From Eledone cirrhosa (lineage: Eukaryota), in contig OZ024741.1 in the NCBI GenBank assembly GCA_964016885.1, positions 203,546,001 to 203,610,000 on the forward strand: a stretch of DNA of 64,000 bases, in the 5' to 3' direction. Shown piece after piece: positions 56,878 to 64,000 of the stretch (its first letter is position 1; each line of letters begins with the position of its first letter). The position numbers and the translations under genes are program-made. Below the pieces are notes generated by a model, which saw only the letters and a program-made list of their open reading frames with translations, ran no database searches and was not told where the DNA came from.

Positions 56878-59025
56878 TGTAAAAGGAAAAGAAAATGCTG
56901 ACAAATTGTTCCCAGTGAAAAATAGTTAAATTAGGAATAAGTAAAAATTAGTAATAGTATTGGTTAGTATTCAGTTTTGGTTTTAAGTTTTACCGGTTGC
57001 GCATTTCTAATGCTTTTCAAAAATAATTTTGAGATAGAGCGCCCGTGATGTTTGCTCTAATCTGATTAGTTTTCGAAATTCTACCTGTTTTATGTAAAAA
57101 AAAGTTGCTCCAGATGTATGAAAAAATTCTTGTGGTCAAAACAATTTTGATTGGCCGGTAGAGGTCATGTGAATGTTAAAAATTGATTTTGCGCCAATTG
57201 TAGGTTTGTCTCGGCTGATTGGGAAGTCACTGAAAAATAAGTCTTTCAAGACAAATATGTGTGTGTGTGTGTGTAGTAGTAGTAAAGAGGTTCGTTGTTG
57301 TGATAATGGTCAGCAGGGATGTGTGTGCGAACCGCAGCCTGTTGACAGTTCAAATGCCTATTAAGACAAGTGTGTGTGTCTGTGTGTGTGTGTGTAGCAG
57401 AGTAATTCGTGGTAGAGGGATGGTCAGTAGGAATGTGTCTGTACGTGTGTGGGGGATATTTTAACATGTTAAAAGATATTTTTTAGCTCTTGTCTTATAC
57501 GGAGAAGTGTGTGTGTGTGTGTATATGTCTCTCTGTATGTTAATGTACGCGTGTGTATGTGTGTGTGTATATATATGTGTGTGTGTATGTGTGTGTGTAT
57601 ATATGTGTGTGTGTGTGAGTGTGTGTGTGTGTGAGAGAATATGTGTGTGTGTGTGTGGGTGGACCAGTATTTTTGTGATACTGGTAAAAATGGTGTACAT
57701 TATTCGATATTTTCAGTAAAAACGATTCTCTCAATAGAACATCAAAAACCTTAATAATAAAAGGTGTGAAATGATATATAGTATTGTCATAACACCAAGG
57801 TGTGTGTGAGTGTCCAGATTGTACGTATTGCAAGGGGAATCCATTAGGCCTTGCCGTATTGGAATACTTGTGTACAAATATGTATGTGCCCATCAGTGTG
57901 CAATGCATGTGTGCGTATATGTATGTGTGTCGGCACGTTTATATCTATAGACATCAAAAGGTATGCAAATTTGTGTTACACCATAGAACATGTGTGTTTA
58001 CGTATGTCATTGTGTTTATATGTGGATTGAGATGTATGCTGATGTAGGTATGTATGTTGACGTGTGTATGTTGTGGGTTCGTCTTAGGGAGAAGTGTTTA
58101 GACGGGGTCCGTATTTGTTAATAAAGTGAGATTCCTTGCTGATGCGCTGGGTGTGGGTGGCATTATCTTTAAATTTGTAGAGGGGAAAGATTCTGAAGTT
58201 GGGATGATTTTGGGCGGCACAGGTATCAATGTGTTCACTCAGTGGTATTTTCCTGTATTCCGGTATTTTAATTTGGGATCTATGGACAGTCATGCGTTGG
58301 CGGAGGCTGTTTTTGGTCTGGCATATGTATTGTTCTCGACAACCTGAGCAAGTTAATACATATATTAGATTTTATGATGCGCATGTGAAATTGTGTTTTA
58401 CTATAAAACGTTGTCCTTCTTTGAAATAGAATTCCGAACCCTGTATTAGGTTGATGCATATGCCACAGTTGGGTCTATCGCATTTTTTTACTGTGGGTTT
58501 CGTTGTTGTGGTTGGCAGTACATTGGCATGTGTTAGGATGTTTTTCATTGACTTAGATTGTCTTTTGCTCTTTATGATATCGTGTGTTCGTAGGATTTGG
58601 TTCATTCTATGGTCCTTTTTCAACACAGAGATGTTTTGGAGGATGGTGTGAAAGGCCTCATTGTTGAGGGGGTTGTGTGTGGAGATGTATGGAAGAGCTT
58701 TTAGTTTCGGTTGATTTACTTTAGGGTGTCTAAGGTCCTGGGTACTGAGTTTTAGTTTTGACCACAAGAATTTTTTCATACATCTGGAGCAACTTTTCTT
58801 TACATAAAACAGGTAGAATTTACAAAACTAATCAGATTAGAGCACACATCACGGGCGCTCTATTTCAAAATTATTTTTGAAAAGCATTAGAAATGCGCAA
58901 CCGGTAAAACTTAAAACCAAAACTGAATTCTAACCAATACTATTACTAATTTTTACTTATTCCTAAATAACTATTTTTCACTGGGAACAATTTGTTAGCA
59001 TTTTCTTTTCCTTTTACCAATATAT
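56872..59025 (-). mobile_element. 5'-truncated PLE (GIY-YIG region) bounded by ~270-bp inverted pseudo-LTRs
   Basis: Minus ORFs 58084-58754: PYISTHNP, KCDRPNCGIC, FTCAS*NLIYVLTCSGC..QYI.QT..SLRQRM..H. 56872-57142 is the reverse complement of 58755-59025. Confidence 0.88.
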
Positions 59026-59324
59026 CATAACTCGTGTGTTACACCTCTATTCTTTTAAATATATATATATATATATTAAAATAACAGATTAAAGTTTAAG
59101 CAAAGGATCGCTGCTCTCACCCTTAACGGGATCTTCTGAAACTATAAGACCCCGTTAAGGGTGAAAGCAGCGATTCTTTGCTTAAACTTTAATCTGTTAT
59201 TTTAATAAATATTTGGTCTATGGTTTTTATATATTTGATATATATATATATATTATACTTATCGAGCCCTCTTCGGATTTTAGTCTTCACATTTATTATT
59301 ATTACTATATATATACATATATAC

Positions 59325-59511
59325 AGGTGGATTGGTAGTATCGGTAGAGGGTCTGACGCCATGCGTTGCAGCAAAGAGTTACGACCCTTTATGGTCTGAG
59401 TTCAAATCCCGCCGAGGTTAACTTTGCCTTTCATCCTTACGGGGTCGATAAAATAAAGTACCAGTAATGTACTGGTTAATTATTGGCCTTGTGCCAAAAG
59501 TAGAAACAATT
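59325..59511 (+). mobile_element. SINE family A
   Basis: Family A match with a duplicated TTACTATATATATACATATATA flank. Confidence 0.88.
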
Positions 59512-59689
59512 ACTATATATATACATATATAGTATAAAAAAACGAAAAGGAAGCACCATAGCTACCATTATACACACGTATATATATATATATTAGAAAT
59601 ATAAGCTTTCACCGTATTTTTGACTAAAGAAACTTTTTAGCCTGATAGTGGCGTTTAGAACCCTCAGAGAAATGGAAAAAGATGAGTAT

Positions 59690-59760
59690 TGACGTACATG
59701 GGAGTCGAACCCACATCTTTGGTTATCCAGACCACTGTGTTACCATTACACCAACACATC
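59690..59760 (-). pseudogene. tRNA-like sequence within a repeat (inverted copy at 59977-60040)
   Basis: GATGTGT-TGGTGTAATGGTAACAC..TGGT-CTGGATA-ACCA..TGGGTTCGACTCCCA-TGTACGTC-A: A and B boxes and a cloverleaf-like fold with many G-U pairs in the acceptor stem. Confidence 0.6.
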
Positions 59761-60130
59761 ACCCATCTCCTTCCATTCAAATTAGAAGCTACATTCTTAG
59801 CAAGTAAATAACAAGTAAGTATATTTTGAAACAGTGAGCGAGTTTGAAATTAGAAATATAAGCTTTTACCGTATTTTTTACTAAAGAAATTTTTTAGCCT
59901 GATAGTGGGGTTTAGAACCCTCAGACAAATGGAAAAAGATGAGTATTGACGTACATGGGAGTCGAAGGAGATGGGTGATGTGTTGGTGTAATGGTAGCAC
60001 AGTCGAACCAAAGATGTGGGTTCGACTCCCATCTACGTCAATATTAATCTTTTTTCATTTCTCTGAGGGTTTTAAACCCCACTATCAGGCTAAAAAATTT
60101 ATTTAGTCAAAAATACGGTGAAAGCTTATA

Positions 60131-60179
<49 letters not shown>

Positions 60180-60402
60180 ATAATAATAATAAATGCGAAG
60201 ACTAAAATTCGAAGAGGGCTCGATAAGTATAATATATATATCAAATATATAAAAACCATAGACCAAATATTTATTAAAATAACAGATTAAAGTTTAAGCA
60301 AAAAATCGCTGCTTTCACCCTTAACGGGGTCTTATAGTTTCAGAAGATCTCGTTAAGTGTGAAAGCAGCGATCCTTTGCTTAAACTTTAATCTGTTATTT
60401 TA

Positions 60403-60495
<93 letters not shown>

Positions 60496-60627
60496 GTAAA
60501 TGGAATTCAACAAAGCAAACAATACAGTACAGTCAAATTACATATCAGTTTCCCAACTCCAGTATCGATCTGCAACTCCATTGAACAAACCTGGATCAAA
60601 CATGAACATACCACTTTTTTAGAAAAC

Positions 60628-62290
<1,663 letters not shown>

Positions 62291-62318
62291 TTTACATATA
62301 TATATATCAACCTATCTA

Positions 62319-62354
<36 letters not shown>

Positions 62355-62973
62355 AACACACATATATATATATAAACATATATATATACATATATATATA
62401 TATATGTATATATGTATATGCATACATACATACGTACGTACATACATATATACATATATACATGCATACATAAATACATACATACATACATACACACACA
62501 CATACATACATACATACATACATACATACATACATACATACATACATACATACATACATACATACATACATACATGTATATGATGTGGATAGAACCACCT
62601 AAATGTATATACTGATAATTTGCACATATGTTAATATACCGCAAAAGTCAATAAGTTTGCATACTGCGAACATGCACGTATTCTAAACATTTTGAATAGA
62701 GCCTTTCCTGCACGAAACATTAACAATTTCGTTTTCCCCACAGCATGGTTATTGAAATTTATCAATTTTATTAACTGACGTTTGTAATCTCAAGCAACGA
62801 CTAGCTTCCTGCGACTGACTTTTACTTTTTATTTACAGCATGTTGTTTCAGACGGTTTACATCTCTCACTTGCACATTAGGGTTAGGTTATTTTTTGTCT
62901 GTGCAACCCATAAGACTAAATGTTACCGTTAAAATCTACGTGAAATGTGATGGGAATTAACAATCATTATTAT

Positions 62974-63075
62974 AGGTTGACTTTGCGTTTCATCCTTACG
63001 GGGTCGATAAAATAAAGTACCAGTAATGCACTGGTTAATTGCTGGCCTTGTGCCTAAAGTAGAAACAATTATTAT
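62974..63075 (+). mobile_element. SINE family A, 5'-truncated
   Basis: 3' half of the family A consensus. Confidence 0.85.
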
Positions 63076-63143
63076 TAGAAATGCGAAGCGAAGGAATTCA
63101 AAGACTCAAAACACTGAGACACACCATACTACTAAAAACAAAA

Positions 63144-63210
<67 letters not shown>

Positions 63211-63505
63211 TAACATAGCATGAGAACATACTTTCTTAATATCGACACGCATACATACATGCATACATAGATACATACATACACTCGCACGCATATATGT
63301 ACAGATATATACATGTATCTGTATCTACGTATATGGAGTGGGATATATACATATATTTAATGCTTTATACATATAGCTGTATATATTTATAAGTGTTAAG
63401 CCTATTATAGATATGTGTGCTTGAGTGTGTATATGGGATATAATCATAATTGTTAAAGAATGTATATAATATATATATATATGCATGTGTGTGTGTGTGT
63501 GTGTA

Positions 63506-63557
<52 letters not shown>

Positions 63558-64000
63558 CACAGATAGACACATATATATGCACAGATAAATTTTGTATGCA
63601 TAGCTGTGTGATTATGTTGTTTACTGTATGTAAAACCCTTATGTATGTAAATGACACTATGTTCTGATTAATTTTCTTTGAAAGCATTTATTTCAATGAA
63701 ATCTTCTCCACAATCCTTCTGCTGTCGCCGTCTATCCCCCAGCCAACACCGGCAATTCTACGTCAAAACCTGCTGTCTTAACATTACGTATTAGATGCAC
63801 AAGTGAATGCCTTCGCCTGCTTGTTCTCCGGTCGAACACCGACATTGTTTATACGGCTCGCCTGTCTGCACCAGCTGTACAATTCTCTTTTCCATTTAAA
63901 TGCCTCTTATTCGCCGCACAATTTCTTCATTTTCTCCGAAACTCTTTCATTTTCAGTTTATCTCTTTCTCTTACCAAAGCCAAATCTTTTCCTTTTCCGT

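Noticed and set aside
59690-60040. Functional tRNA genes
   Set aside because: Acceptor stem dominated by G-U pairs, atypical anticodon loop, second copy has a deleted anticodon arm, and both are embedded in a dispersed repeat.

Overview
Eukaryotic (animal), very AT-rich, microsatellite-saturated DNA. The SINE families resemble those of octopod cephalopods, which is an inference from recalled sequence and not a database hit. One host gene is supported: a Fer2/48-related-2 (hlh-13-like, PTF1a/Fer family) bHLH transcription factor on the + strand. Its long first coding exon (6477-8451) splices across a 35.8-kb intron to a 95-nt terminal coding exon (44253-44347) that the ORF track misses. The rest is mobile DNA: Penelope-like elements (PLEs), R4/Dong-, RTE- and CR1-type LINE remnants, a Helitron with both termini, MITEs and more than 20 tRNA-derived SINEs. 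The most striking hidden layer is non-coding. At least four unrelated families of minimal type-I hammerhead ribozyme (HHR) motifs occur in PLE pseudo-LTRs, and 5'-truncated PLEs are repeatedly capped by an inverted pseudo-LTR. Many fold-back palindromes are also present. Inside the Fer2 intron the intact HHRs I found are all antisense, while the sense-strand copies are damaged. Nearly all short ORFs in the track are microsatellite artefacts.
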